DNA of 64,000 bases from Opitutia bacterium (GTDB lineage Bacteria; Verrucomicrobiota; Verrucomicrobiia; Opitutales; T3Sed10-336), in contig JBJHCF010000001.1 in the NCBI GenBank assembly GCA_050506795.1, positions 96,001 through 160,000 on the forward strand, given 5' to 3'. Positions 28,401-37,482 of this stretch are shown piece by piece. Under the pieces are notes generated by a model that had not been told where the DNA came from, made no database searches, and saw only the letters and a list, made by a program, of their open reading frames with translations. The position numbers were made by a program, and so were the translations under genes. The stretch's first letter is position 1; each line of letters begins with the position of its first letter.

Positions 28401-29251
28401 TCAATGATGGTCGAGGAGGAGAGGCCCGCGTATTCAATCGGGGTAGGAACCAGTTTGTCGTCACGGTCGTCCCCGTGTCCCAGCCAGGCCCCCCTGCCGA
28501 ATGTGAACACGGTGCCGTCTGCCGAGAGAAGGACCGTTTGACTGTATCCGGCCGCGATCCGCGTGATTCGGTGGCCGGACAGATTCTCATGTTCGATCGG
28601 AGTAGGAACAAGGCGCCGTTCGGTGTCGCCGTGGCCGAGTCGACCCTCGAAGCCCCATCCGAAAGTGAAAACGGTTCCATCCGAAGCCAGGAGAACGGAG
28701 TGGGAACTTCCGGCCGCGACATCAATGATCAGGTATCCGTCAAGCTTCTCGTGTTCGATCGGTGTGGGTACCGATCGCGATTGGGTGTCCCCGTGTCCCA
28801 GCCTGCCCTGTGAGCCCCATCCAAAAGTGTAAACGTTGCCGTCGGCGGCCAGCAGCAGGCTGTGCCCGTCGTTCGCGGAGATTCCGGGTTCGACCGATCC
28901 AGGGACCACCGAGATGGTGAATACTTCTTCATGCGATCGGTCTTCCGAGTCGGTGGCGGCCAGTCGCACCGAGTATTGACCCTCTGACAAGGATTCGGCG
29001 GCGCGGAGTTCGTCGCCGACGATTTCAAAACGGTTGTTGTCATCTGCGCCCTCGCCATCAGCGAGGGCGAAAACGATCATACCATCCGTCGTTCCGGAGG
29101 CGTGCAGCGGGCTGACCGAACTGCCGGGACCGGTGCGTTCCTCTCCAATCGTCGTGTGCCAGACGATAATGGATTCCGGTGCCGAGGCGCAGACAATCGA
29201 ATAGACGAAGGCAAAGCATGCGCCTACGAGATAGGGAAGGGTGATTTTCAT
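25427..29251 (-). CDS. Secreted RCC1/BLIP-II repeat protein with two seven-repeat propellers
   Basis: 14 repeats of H-x-x-LLxxDGxVFTFGxGxxGRLGHGD, two cadherin-like and two InlB-B-like (FxGWSG) domains, and a C-terminal DGVENLLKYAFN module. Confidence 0.9.
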   Translation of the reverse strand: MKITLPYLVGACFAFVYSIVCASAPESIIVWHTTIGEERTGPGSSVSPLHASGTTDGMIVFALADGEGADDNNRFEIVGDELRAAESLSEGQYSVRLAATDSEDRSHEEVFTISVVPGSVEPGISANDGHSLLLAADGNVYTFGWGSQGRLGHGDTQSRSVPTPIEHEKLDGYLIIDVAAGSSHSVLLASDGTVFTFGWGFEGRLGHGDTERRLVPTPIEHENLSGHRITRIAAGYSQTVLLSADGTVFTFGRGAWLGHGDDRDDKLVPTPIEYAGLSSSTIIDIAAGSEHVVLLSSDGEVFTFGHGWSGRLGHGDIENRFVPTKIEHASLAGHPVRKIAAGIAHTVLLAEDGTIFVFGAGHSGTLGLGDLDGRLVPTALQHDNLAGHTITDISAGAATMLLSSDSTVFTFGPGGDGRLGHGDTENRAVPTPIENANLSGHTPIAVSGRGRHSLIMVSDGAVFSFGRGRSNELGHGDTNDRLVPEEIPTVWLLPETPDRTATIDISGEGQGSIRVNGEPIVDYPHSLTVAKGTTLLIEAVPDYGFVFEGWSGSISGTAPERTVTIASNQTIVATFSLAVSPEFIFVWNRTIGNKRTGVDAPVSRLLATGLINDTFSFSLVPGEGDQDNGKFLVVDDTLRTASSLPVGVYAIRLRATNQNDLSLERPLTISVIPGVVEPMVAAGQWHTVVLSSEGTVFTFGSGAAGSLGHGDSDPRHVPIPIEYEGIAGHAIVQVAAGQYHTVLLSADGRVFTFGWGNLGALGHGDLLSRDVPTEITHENLDGNSIKAIAAGSSYTVLLSSDGTVFTFGSGFHGQLGHGDSGNRTVPTPIEADSLAGHAIVEIAAGAAHTLLRAIDGTTFSFGHAASGRLGQAEIQNNRIPTKIDHEILSGKTITGISAGGAHSLILTSDGTVFTFGRGLEGQLGHGDMAARMVPTRIEDESLSEHTVIKAALGDNHTILLTSEGESFTFGAGADGRLGSGETENSLVPVLVEHQNLSGHTLSGAAAGASHTILLSEDATVFTFGSGISGRLGHGDTENRLVPTAIQFFRLPGYRMIEVNRTGNGEGIIMVNTLAPPEYPYRTQFPKGDSIDVEAVPAKDSVFGGWSGALDGFSRLQTITLDTDLSITGAFTDEPGRFASAMEGSGLTGADAIPEAIPFQDGVENLLKYAFNMDLAAPDRSTLTPGGIETKGLPVASVGWVGRTGPALRIEFIRRRESGLIYTTLVSTDLNTWEAITTQPTVHQIDSEWQRAMIIVPLSQFSTNHLFAKVHVTLP

Positions 29252-29404
29252 GGCTGTTTAGGGTTTTTGGCTGAGTCGGCTGCAATACCATCAGCCGGGG
29301 GAAGGGTCAATGCACGGTAATTCGGCTGAATATTGCCGAAAAACGGGCGGATTGTCAATGTTGACACCGTCGTGACACCCCTGTGCGAGGGTACAGAGAG
29401 GCAG

Positions 29405-29513
29405 GTCAGGTTGGGCCCGGTAGACCCGTCGTAGCGACGGATCCCAAGGCGTCGCTCGCTGGTGTCCGGACCTTTCGCAGGTCGAATATTGGGTGGCGAC
29501 CGACCTTGACTAC
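29405..29513. repeat. Structured intergenic palindromic element (REP/REPIN-like)
   Basis: GTAG-flanked hairpin AGCGACG...CGTCGCT, hairpin GACCT-TTCGC-AGGTC and outer pairing GTCAGGTTGG/CCGACCTTGAC. Confidence 0.4.
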
Positions 29514-30481
29514 GCCCGGAACAACGGCGCGTATTCGCGGGCCATGGCCTGAACCTGGCTGTTCTCCTCTTCGGTGAGCGGAGTGTAATTTTTGGCCAGT
29601 TCGAGGGCCAGCTCGTAGAGATCGGGATTGCCGGGTGGCAGCGCCGAAGTGATGCCGGGTTTGCTCAGGGTCCAGCGCAGTCCCAACGCCGCCAGTTCCG
29701 GTTCGTGAAGCGGTTCGTACCACAGGCCGTAACGGCGGCGGCTTTCGGAGCTCCCCTGGCCTCGTTGACGCACCATCGGCTTGAGGGCGAAGATGGCGCA
29801 TTCTTTTTCGCGTGCCTTTTCGATCACTCTCGGACCGAAGTTGCCCTCGTATTCGCAGACGAAATTTATCGGCAGCATGACCGAGTCGAAGTCGAACAGC
29901 TCCAAGGCCCGCAATGCGGCCGCTTCGGTATGCGCGGAGAACCCGAGATAACGCACCAGACCCGCTTTGCGGGCTTCAACCAGGACCTCCATCACCCCGC
30001 CATCGGCGAAGGCCACTTCGACATCGTTCTGCACGTTCTGGATGTTGTGCATCTGGTAGAGGTCGAAGTGATCGGTCCGCAGTCGCTCGAGCGAACGCTC
30101 AAGTTCTTCACGCGCTTCCCGCGCGGTGCGTTTCGCTGTCTTGCACGCCAGGAAAAGTTGATCGCGGAACGGTTCGACTATTGGTCCGGCCAGTGTTTCG
30201 GCGTTGCCGTAACGGGGGGCAAGATCGACAAAATTTACACCGGCTTCCACCGATTTCTCCATCAACTCCATCACCCGATCGGGAGCGACTCCATTCATGC
30301 TGACCCCGCCGAATCCAATGATCGAGAGCTCTTCGCCGGTCTTGCCGAACGGACGCCGGGGAACCTTTTTCGTGGACCGCGGGCTCTCCTCGGCGTAAAC
30401 CTTCTGTTGTCCGGCCGCCCCACCGATGGTGACGGCGGCGGTTCCGAATGCGGTGGTCTTGATAAAATCTCGCCTCTTCAT
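29510..30481 (-). CDS. Tat-exported aldo/keto reductase
   Basis: KRRDFIK, SIIGFGG, DLAPRYG, ACKT, DLYQMH and YLGFSAH. Confidence 0.9.
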   Translation of the reverse strand: MKRRDFIKTTAFGTAAVTIGGAAGQQKVYAEESPRSTKKVPRRPFGKTGEELSIIGFGGVSMNGVAPDRVMELMEKSVEAGVNFVDLAPRYGNAETLAGPIVEPFRDQLFLACKTAKRTAREAREELERSLERLRTDHFDLYQMHNIQNVQNDVEVAFADGGVMEVLVEARKAGLVRYLGFSAHTEAAALRALELFDFDSVMLPINFVCEYEGNFGPRVIEKAREKECAIFALKPMVRQRGQGSSESRRRYGLWYEPLHEPELAALGLRWTLSKPGITSALPPGNPDLYELALELAKNYTPLTEEENSQVQAMAREYAPLFRA

Positions 30482-30720
30482 AATCGGATCCTTTCGTTAC
30501 GCGTTCTTCGCTTTTTCGGTTTGATTAGGTCTTCCCGGTCTGATCGAGAGCCGGCGTTTTGAAGCTCGTGTCTTTGGCGCCAAGCCCTCCGGGCGGTGCC
30601 GATCCCGTGCGTTGTCAGCGAAAAAGCCAACCGACGCAAACCAAACGGCAACGGTTAGTGTACCCCGGCCGCCTTGGAGCGGCAAGTAGTTTTCCATAAA
30701 AACCCGTCCGCCGCACCAGG

Positions 30721-30758
30721 GCTTTTTCATTTGGCCTCTGAAGGCCGCATGAAAAAGC
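30721..30758. other. Intergenic hairpin downstream of the dikinase gene
   Basis: GCTTTTTCAT-TT-GGCCT-CTGA-AGGCC-GC-ATGAAAAAGC, followed by AGATTTC-like heptamers to 30791. Confidence 0.45.
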
Positions 30759-30897
30759 ATTTCAGATCGAAGATTTCAAATTTGAGATTTCTTGCCAAGA
30801 GATGTGGATCAAAGCTCGCATTTAAAAAGGCCGTGGTCCGTTACACCGGGGTTTTGCTGCGGGCGGTCGTGCGCGGCCGACGCGTCAACGGGACCAC

Positions 30898-33800
30898 TTA
30901 ATCGGGTGCCAACCCCTGCTGAGGCCGGGTTTGTACGAGGTGAATTTGATCGTTCACCATAAATCCTTCGATGTCCTGGGGGGAGGAAAGGGCGGATTCG
31001 ATACTTTTGGCAACGGCGGCCAGGCGGCGGGCGGTGTTATCACGAAAGGCGTGGTCACGAGTGAAGGGGAAGTCGGAGTAGTCGGCGATGCCCTTTTCCA
31101 AAGCTCCCGGAGCGCCGGGGCGAAGGAAGTGGCTGTAGTTGCAGAAGGCGAGAGTGTTGACGGTGGCCGATGAGGTGCCGTTGCTATTCCCGACACCAAC
31201 GGTCAAGCGATACGGGGTACCGGGTTCGGCGGCGTCGGCCAGGGTGGCGCCGAGGCCGGGCGCGGCTTCGATGTAGACTTCGTCGGGATCGGCGGTCACC
31301 GGATGGATGGAGTGCAGAATGAAGGACAGGTCGGGGGTGATCAGGGGCTGCAGGATCACCGCCATGCCGCAGCGAATGGGGTCCACGCCGGACCGGCGCC
31401 GGTTATGAAAGGCTTTCAGCGTCCAGAGCGACGCCCAAACGGCGCGAATGCCGTTGGCCAGGTGGTCCGGAAGCAGGTTGGGCACGGAGGTGTAGATGCC
31501 GGCTCCCGCCCCGCCGGCGCCGTCTTCCGCGCTGGCGCTGGAGCGGGCAATGAGCGGTGTGTCGCGCGGGAAGGTGTCCGCCGCCCGTTCGAGAATCTCC
31601 CGGGGCACGGGAAGCCGGCTGATCGTCTCCTGCAGGGATTTTAATTTAGGCCCAAGGTCTTCGGCATCCGCATTAACGAGACCTTCGGTGGCGTCCGTGC
31701 CGTGATCCCGCAATGCCTTTTCCAGGACCCCGAAGGGGATAACCAGGGTCGGCGGTACGGTGAAGGCTTTGGATTGGTCAGCCAGATCAGCCAGACGGCG
31801 CAGGGCGGCGGCTTTGTGTCCGGTTCGTTCAACGGTGACCTGCCCCAGCGGCAGGACCGGGGGCTCGGTGCTCAAATCGAGGGATGTTTCCGTGCCGCGA
31901 CTGCGAGGTGTTGTTTTCACCTCGCGGGCCGCGGTTTCGCCGTCACCGTTGTCCTCCTGCCAGGTTAATCCTTCGGCATTCACTTTGAGGAAAAGGCGGC
32001 GGCTTTCGGCCCGACGAAGCTTGTCCGTTTCGTCGCCGGATTCGAGATAAACGAGCGGTATTCCGGCCTGCCGGGCGCGCACCGCCAGATGGGAGAGCAG
32101 GGGGATCGGCTCGAGGACCACCAATCCGGTCACCGGGGCCGGGATGTCTTCATCACCGGTGGCCTTTGGCAAAAGCACGATGGTGGCCTCGGCACAATCT
32201 TCTTTGATTTGCTCCAATCTTTCGACCGCGTTGAGGCGGCCGCGGGCAGTACCCGGCGCCAGGGGCTCACACGAGTGCTCGCCTGCGGTGTTGCCCTGTT
32301 CCCGCAGCAACAGGCTGTTCAGTTTGGCCAGTTGAAAGACCAGGTCGCGACGCAGTTCCGCTTCACAGAACAGGCTGATGTCTTTTTCCGGGATGCCCAG
32401 CGCTTGCCCTATGGTCTCGGCGGCGCGGCGAAACAGGTCGATAACCCGATCGGCGATGGTGTCGCACAACCTGCGAACGCGACCGATCGAAGCCTTCAGT
32501 CTGGCGAGGGCGAGAGGGTCGGAGGCCCGGAAGCCCGGGAGGAGACTGTCGATTTCGTGGCGAATGGCGCGGATTTCTTCGGTCCAGGCGCCGTTCAGCT
32601 CCATCTGCCGCAGGGTCAGGCTCAGCGTTTCCAGCGCCTTCTTCCATTGAAACCGTTTGGCGGATGTCAAACCGTTCAACAAGTCGCTGAGGGCGGGAAA
32701 GGCGAAAGCTTCCAGTTCGATTTCCGCCAGCCGGAAGGCCTGGGCGGAATGGGCTTCGCGTTTTTCCGCTTCGGGGACCAACACAGCCCTCAGGTGGGTG
32801 ACGGCATGAAATCGTTTGAAAGAGCCGGAAGCGCCTTGGGGGTTACGGGAAGAAATCTCGAGGAATCTCTGCAGAGCGGCCAGCCCGTCCCCGGAGAGCT
32901 CCTCGCGCAGGGGTTCCAGGCGTTCGGCCAGGCTTTGGGTGTTGAAAAAGGTCTGCAGTTCGCGATGGAAGGTTTGAAATTCGGAGACAAATTCCGCCGG
33001 GTAGTCCCCGTTTTCGATCCTCGCGAGCAGTTTCTCCGAGGTCTGCAAATCCTCCGGTCCGGCGCAACGGTGAAGCTTGTTCTGGAGGGAGTGTTTGATC
33101 TCGTTCTTGAGCTCTTTGGGGATGTCGTTTCGGTGAGCGATATCGCGGATACGAGTCAAGGGTTCCGCCCGGGTAAAGGGGGTGTCGTACGACGGCAGGT
33201 TGGCATGGATACGCCGAAGAATCAGTGCGTTGTCGTCATTTTTCCAGGCTCGGAGTTTGTCGTCGATAGCGGCGCCGGTTCTGGCGTGGTGGCTTGGCCG
33301 GAAGTGCCGGGAGTCCTCGCGGCAGGGAATTCGGCCGGTGTGCAGCCAGCGCAGGTAAACTGCCAGAAAAGCCAGGTTTTCCGGCGGCAGGGGATCCGCG
33401 GATTCGTCCAGGAGGTGCTCGACCCCTTGCAGTTTTTCACGCCAGCTCCGGGCTTTCCGGTCGGTATCGATGAGGCGTGCGGCAAACGGGTCGGACGAAG
33501 ACGCGGCGGGGGAGGGGCGGGGCGAAGCAGGAGAATCCTCGTCCGTGCCGTGCGATTCGCCGATCAGGGCGGCCAGCCGGTCCCGTGACTCGGTCAGGCG
33601 CTCCGGTGGATCGGGCCAGACCTCCATGATGGCGCTACCTTGAAATTGTATCGCCTGCAGCCGTTCGATGAGTCCCCGAATTCCGCGGTCGTTTTCGCCT
33701 GCGGGACCGGTGAACAACGGAAGGTGGGCGTCACGGTCGCCGTAATTCTCATGCAGGTGGAGGTGAACAACCGGCACTTCAGGTGAAAGTCGGTCGAGGA

Positions 33801-34353
33801 ATCCCAGATAGTCGTTGCGAGTGGCGGCACAGAGATTGGCGTGACCCAGGTCGAAACAGAGGCCCACGTGGCGGTTTGGCAGCTTCGGCTGAGCCCGCAG
33901 AACCTTAAAGAACGCGTTGAAATCCTCGGGCCCGGTGAGGGGAGTGTTCTCCAGGGCCAGAACCACATTCATGGCCGCCGTTTGTCGAATCAGGGGTTCG
34001 ATTGCTTCCAGGAAAGCTTCCGGGCCCTGTTCGGTTTGCAAGTGAATATTGAATACAGCCGCACCGAGGTCGCGGGTCAACGCCAGGGCCGGTTCCGCCG
34101 GGACCGACTCTTCCGGTCGCAGCGGATCCAGCCCGAGGGGGGCGTGGACGGACAGGCGAATATCGTGGTCCCGAGCGGTTCGCCGGATCGCATCCCGCGT
34201 GTCCCGGTCGAGATCCGACTCGGTCCAGGTCTTGTCGGGGAACCACTCGAACGCCTTGAACCCGTGCGAAACCGCGAATTCAAAGGGCGCCATCAGCGCA
34301 GGAGCGAATGCGGCGGTTTGATTGCCGACACGGATTTCGAAAAGCGGCGTCAT
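30898..34353 (-). CDS. Xylose-isomerase-like TIM barrel fused to a phosphoglucan water dikinase (PWD/GWD3)-like protein
   Basis: TIM-barrel motifs ALENT, DLGHAN and HLHEN. PWD-like SWREKL, RPSHHA and PLTRIRDIAHRNDIP..IKHSLQNKLHRCAGPEDL. Phospho-His motif LSHLAVRARQ. PPDK-type nucleotide domain RSSASAED, QDIEG and VQTRPQ. Confidence 0.85.
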   Translation of the reverse strand: MTPLFEIRVGNQTAAFAPALMAPFEFAVSHGFKAFEWFPDKTWTESDLDRDTRDAIRRTARDHDIRLSVHAPLGLDPLRPEESVPAEPALALTRDLGAAVFNIHLQTEQGPEAFLEAIEPLIRQTAAMNVVLALENTPLTGPEDFNAFFKVLRAQPKLPNRHVGLCFDLGHANLCAATRNDYLGFLDRLSPEVPVVHLHLHENYGDRDAHLPLFTGPAGENDRGIRGLIERLQAIQFQGSAIMEVWPDPPERLTESRDRLAALIGESHGTDEDSPASPRPSPAASSSDPFAARLIDTDRKARSWREKLQGVEHLLDESADPLPPENLAFLAVYLRWLHTGRIPCREDSRHFRPSHHARTGAAIDDKLRAWKNDDNALILRRIHANLPSYDTPFTRAEPLTRIRDIAHRNDIPKELKNEIKHSLQNKLHRCAGPEDLQTSEKLLARIENGDYPAEFVSEFQTFHRELQTFFNTQSLAERLEPLREELSGDGLAALQRFLEISSRNPQGASGSFKRFHAVTHLRAVLVPEAEKREAHSAQAFRLAEIELEAFAFPALSDLLNGLTSAKRFQWKKALETLSLTLRQMELNGAWTEEIRAIRHEIDSLLPGFRASDPLALARLKASIGRVRRLCDTIADRVIDLFRRAAETIGQALGIPEKDISLFCEAELRRDLVFQLAKLNSLLLREQGNTAGEHSCEPLAPGTARGRLNAVERLEQIKEDCAEATIVLLPKATGDEDIPAPVTGLVVLEPIPLLSHLAVRARQAGIPLVYLESGDETDKLRRAESRRLFLKVNAEGLTWQEDNGDGETAAREVKTTPRSRGTETSLDLSTEPPVLPLGQVTVERTGHKAAALRRLADLADQSKAFTVPPTLVIPFGVLEKALRDHGTDATEGLVNADAEDLGPKLKSLQETISRLPVPREILERAADTFPRDTPLIARSSASAEDGAGGAGAGIYTSVPNLLPDHLANGIRAVWASLWTLKAFHNRRRSGVDPIRCGMAVILQPLITPDLSFILHSIHPVTADPDEVYIEAAPGLGATLADAAEPGTPYRLTVGVGNSNGTSSATVNTLAFCNYSHFLRPGAPGALEKGIADYSDFPFTRDHAFRDNTARRLAAVAKSIESALSSPQDIEGFMVNDQIHLVQTRPQQGLAPD

Positions 34354-34389
34354 AAGTTCGAGGCGGCGATCGTGCGCCGGCCGGAGGAG

Positions 34390-34971
34390 TCAGCGGGTTC
34401 TCGCAGTGTTGAGTGCGTCGCGGGTGCGCCTCTTGAGAATCTTAAGTTTCTTTTCCACCGCCTTGAGATCTTTTTTTTGCATGCGGTCGAGAAAGAGAAT
34501 GCCATCTAGGTGGTCGACTTCGTGCAGCAAACAACGGGCGAAAATGCCGTCACATTCCAAGGTATGGGGCCGGCCTTCGAGGTCCTGAAAATCGACCTGG
34601 ATGCGTTCGGGGCGCTCGACTTCGCCGCGAATGTCCGGTATGGAAAGACACCCTTCCTCGGAAATGCTGGTTTTGGTGTCGGGAATCCGAATCATCGGGT
34701 TGGCGACCGCCAACGGCATGATCAGCTCAGCGGGAAGGTTGGAGCGGCCGTCGAGCTCGAAGTTGAACGCGTCCTGGGCATGACGGACGTCGACCACGCA
34801 GAATTGAAGCGCTTTCCCGATCTGCTGAGCGGCCAGGCCGATTCCGTCGGCCTCATGCATGGTTTCGACCATATCTTGAAACAGCGTCTTGAGGGCGGCA
34901 TCGAATGACTTCACCGGCTGGCCTTTTTGACGTAATCGGGGATCGTTGTACTGGACGATGGAAAGAATCAT
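34390..34971 (-). CDS. def: Peptide deformylase
   Basis: GIGLAAQQIG, EEGCLSIP and HEVDH. Confidence 0.95.
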   Translation of the reverse strand: MILSIVQYNDPRLRQKGQPVKSFDAALKTLFQDMVETMHEADGIGLAAQQIGKALQFCVVDVRHAQDAFNFELDGRSNLPAELIMPLAVANPMIRIPDTKTSISEEGCLSIPDIRGEVERPERIQVDFQDLEGRPHTLECDGIFARCLLHEVDHLDGILFLDRMQKKDLKAVEKKLKILKRRTRDALNTARTR

Positions 34972-35035
34972 GATTCTGCAGCGCAATTTACCGTAAAGCG
35001 GTTCGATGTCCAGACTGCGGAGAAATGCTTGCCAC

Positions 35036-35938
35036 CTACAGCCCGGACCAGATCAGGGCCAGAGGGACTACCGGAGTCAGGAGTAGGATTCGGGAGAGGC
35101 ACCGGGCTGACAGGCCGTCGACCAGGTGACCGAACTGCGCCAACAGGAATAGGTTCACCGCCGCCGCCGCCACCGCGATCAGGATGGGAGCGAAGTCAGC
35201 GTTGACCGGCATTGGCGCCAGCGCGAGCGCCAGCAGGGCCACGCCCGCACTGATCCAGGCCGACTTGAGATTTCTTTGGAAAAGCCGGGGTGCGAAAGGC
35301 TTTCTGGCTTTGAGCCGGGCGTTCCATTCGAGCACTGAGGACGTCCAGAAACCGAGGGTCAGCAACACCAGCAGCAGGACCAGCAGCGAAGCAACCATGG
35401 CAGGGGCGAAAACTCCGTTGACCAATACAAAAAGGCTGATCAGGCCAGTGCCGAAAAGCGCGTGAGCGATCTCTCGAGGCGCGAGGATTTCGATGTGGCG
35501 GAAGTAGAACAGCCCGCATACCAGATAGATGGCGGCTAACGAGCCCAGCATGAACAGCCCCGTTTGTTCCAGCCAGGTCATCCGGGTAGCGGTGATGATC
35601 ACCAGCGAGATCAGCACGAAGGGGCAGATGGTCAGCAGGGGCCAGCGCTCGGCGTTGAAAAATCCGATCCGCGGATCGCCGGATTCGAGGTTGGCGTTCC
35701 AAACCGCCCGCACGCTGCGGTTTAGGATCAGAAAAAGCCACATCGAACCGAAAACCACCATATAGTGCGGGCCGTGCAGTGGAACGTGCAGGATGTGGGC
35801 AAACAAGGCAAGCCACACGGCGATGACAGCCGGAGTGTCCAAAGCCATAAGCGCAAACCAGTGCCACAGAGGAATTTTCTCTAATGATTTCGATTCCAAT
35901 CTCGCACCAAAATGCTGGGGCATTTCTTTCACTGGCAA
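35036..35938 (-). CDS. Hypothetical polytopic membrane protein (possibly distant UbiA-like)
   Basis: About nine hydrophobic segments; no catalytic motif recognised. Confidence 0.65.
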   Translation of the reverse strand: MPVKEMPQHFGARLESKSLEKIPLWHWFALMALDTPAVIAVWLALFAHILHVPLHGPHYMVVFGSMWLFLILNRSVRAVWNANLESGDPRIGFFNAERWPLLTICPFVLISLVIITATRMTWLEQTGLFMLGSLAAIYLVCGLFYFRHIEILAPREIAHALFGTGLISLFVLVNGVFAPAMVASLLVLLLVLLTLGFWTSSVLEWNARLKARKPFAPRLFQRNLKSAWISAGVALLALALAPMPVNADFAPILIAVAAAAVNLFLLAQFGHLVDGLSARCLSRILLLTPVVPLALIWSGL

Positions 35939-36198
35939 GCGGAAACTGGCCGGGATTGGAGGGTGAACTTGGACCTTGCGGTGAATTTAGTGACTGAGAA
36001 AAGCCTGGAGTAGTGGGCTTCGCCGCGGACCATGCGATGTAAAAAAAATGTAATTGCTTGTAAGTTAATATATTATGGATTGAGTGGAGCTCTGGATACT
36101 GATTAGAAAGGGTGTGACTGGCAGTTGTTTTACTCAATTCAGTCAAAAACAGCATTCCCTGCAAACGCCGGCATCTTGTCATCGATCCATCGCCTTCT

Positions 36199-36702
36199 AT
36201 GGAAAATCCGCAAAAAAACCGCATGACCACCAGGGCGGCCCTGGAAGAATTGGTCGAAAATATTCGATGCTCCGACAAACGTGTGGAAGATCCGCCTGCG
36301 TCCGCGAAGGAACGGCGGCTTCAACCGGTCTCCCTTGAGGGGCATCGTCGGTCGCGGACCGGGCATTTCGTCGCTTCAGTTGCCAGCGAGAGCGAGCTGG
36401 AGCGGGAGCGGGAGCGATTGGATCGTAGGTCCGTTCAACTCGACCGTATGGAGGAGATCCTGCGCAAGATGTTGCGTGCGGTCGAGCGAAGGGAAGACGA
36501 AATCCGCGAACGGGAACGCCGCCTGGCCCGCTCGGAGATAGACGACGACATGAAAATCGAAATCCTTCGCCGGGAACAGGCCTTGCGGGAAGCGGAGGAA
36601 CGGCTCGCCGAGCGCGAGCGTTTCGTCAGGGAAACGGAAACTCTTTTGCTGGAGAAGGCCCGGGAGATTAAAGGATCGCATCCCGGTTCGGCGAGGACTT
36701 AG
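36199..36702 (+). CDS. Hypothetical coiled-coil protein
   Basis: E/R-rich heptad-like C-terminal half. Confidence 0.55.
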   Translation: MENPQKNRMTTRAALEELVENIRCSDKRVEDPPASAKERRLQPVSLEGHRRSRTGHFVASVASESELERERERLDRRSVQLDRMEEILRKMLRAVERREDEIRERERRLARSEIDDDMKIEILRREQALREAEERLAERERFVRETETLLLEKAREIKGSHPGSART

Positions 36703-37274
36703 GAGTCTGCCGGGGTCGCCGTCCCGCGAGTCCTGGATGTCCGCAGCGCGAGATATGCGATTCCGCCCAGATAGGCGGTGATAAGGGAAATGGCCGCGAT
36801 TGCCAACCAGCGGAATTCGGCCTTTGCGCTGCCGGCTAAAAGCCCGAGCACCATGACAGCCAGCATGACGGTCAGAAGGTAGTGGCTGAGCTCGAAGTGG
36901 GAGATTCGACGCCCTGGGGCAGCTATACGAGCCCGCGTTGGAGAGGCTTCCCGACTCTGCCTTTCCGCCGGGAGCGGCGGTCGGGGGTGGGCGCCGGGTT
37001 CCACCAACGAAAAGCGCCTTTCCGACCTCCGGCGCTGTTGTGAGACACCGAAGGTCGGTTGGTTGGGGAGGAGCGAGGGATGAAATCGATCATTGCCACC
37101 GAATGTTTCCTTCTTGCCGAAGCGGTCCGACACCCGCACCCAGCGATTGAGATCGCTTTGCCAGTAAAGGAGATCTTCGGACAGGAGGCCGCGCTCCCAA
37201 AGGGTGCGCAGGGCGTCCTCGCTCGTGGAGATGGGATCCCTTTGGCCCGGCTTGGTGATGTAAACCTTTTTCAT
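36699..37274 (-). CDS. GYF_2/DUF4339-like domain membrane protein
   Basis: N-terminal LRTLWERGLLSEDLLYWQSDLNRW and two C-terminal TM helices. Confidence 0.6.
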   Translation of the reverse strand: MKKVYITKPGQRDPISTSEDALRTLWERGLLSEDLLYWQSDLNRWVRVSDRFGKKETFGGNDRFHPSLLPNQPTFGVSQQRRRSERRFSLVEPGAHPRPPLPAERQSREASPTRARIAAPGRRISHFELSHYLLTVMLAVMVLGLLAGSAKAEFRWLAIAAISLITAYLGGIAYLALRTSRTRGTATPADS

Positions 37275-37482
37275 GAGGAGAGTTCCGGCGAATCGGGAGA
37301 ATGACCAGGGTTGTCCCGCGTTCGGCACACGTCGATTGCCGGCGAGACCATCATAGGTTGGAGGCACGACCGGTTGATCGTATGCCGATAAACATACGCT
37401 CAAAATCTATCCCGTAAAATAAGGATAAAGATTGATTTGCCATAGGGGAATCCCCTATGGATGGATCGCCAATTGTTTTTGC

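Noticed and set aside
30898..34353. Ordinary PEP synthase or pyruvate phosphate dikinase
   Set aside because: Domain order is reversed, there is no C-terminal PEP/pyruvate-binding barrel, and PWD-specific motifs are present.
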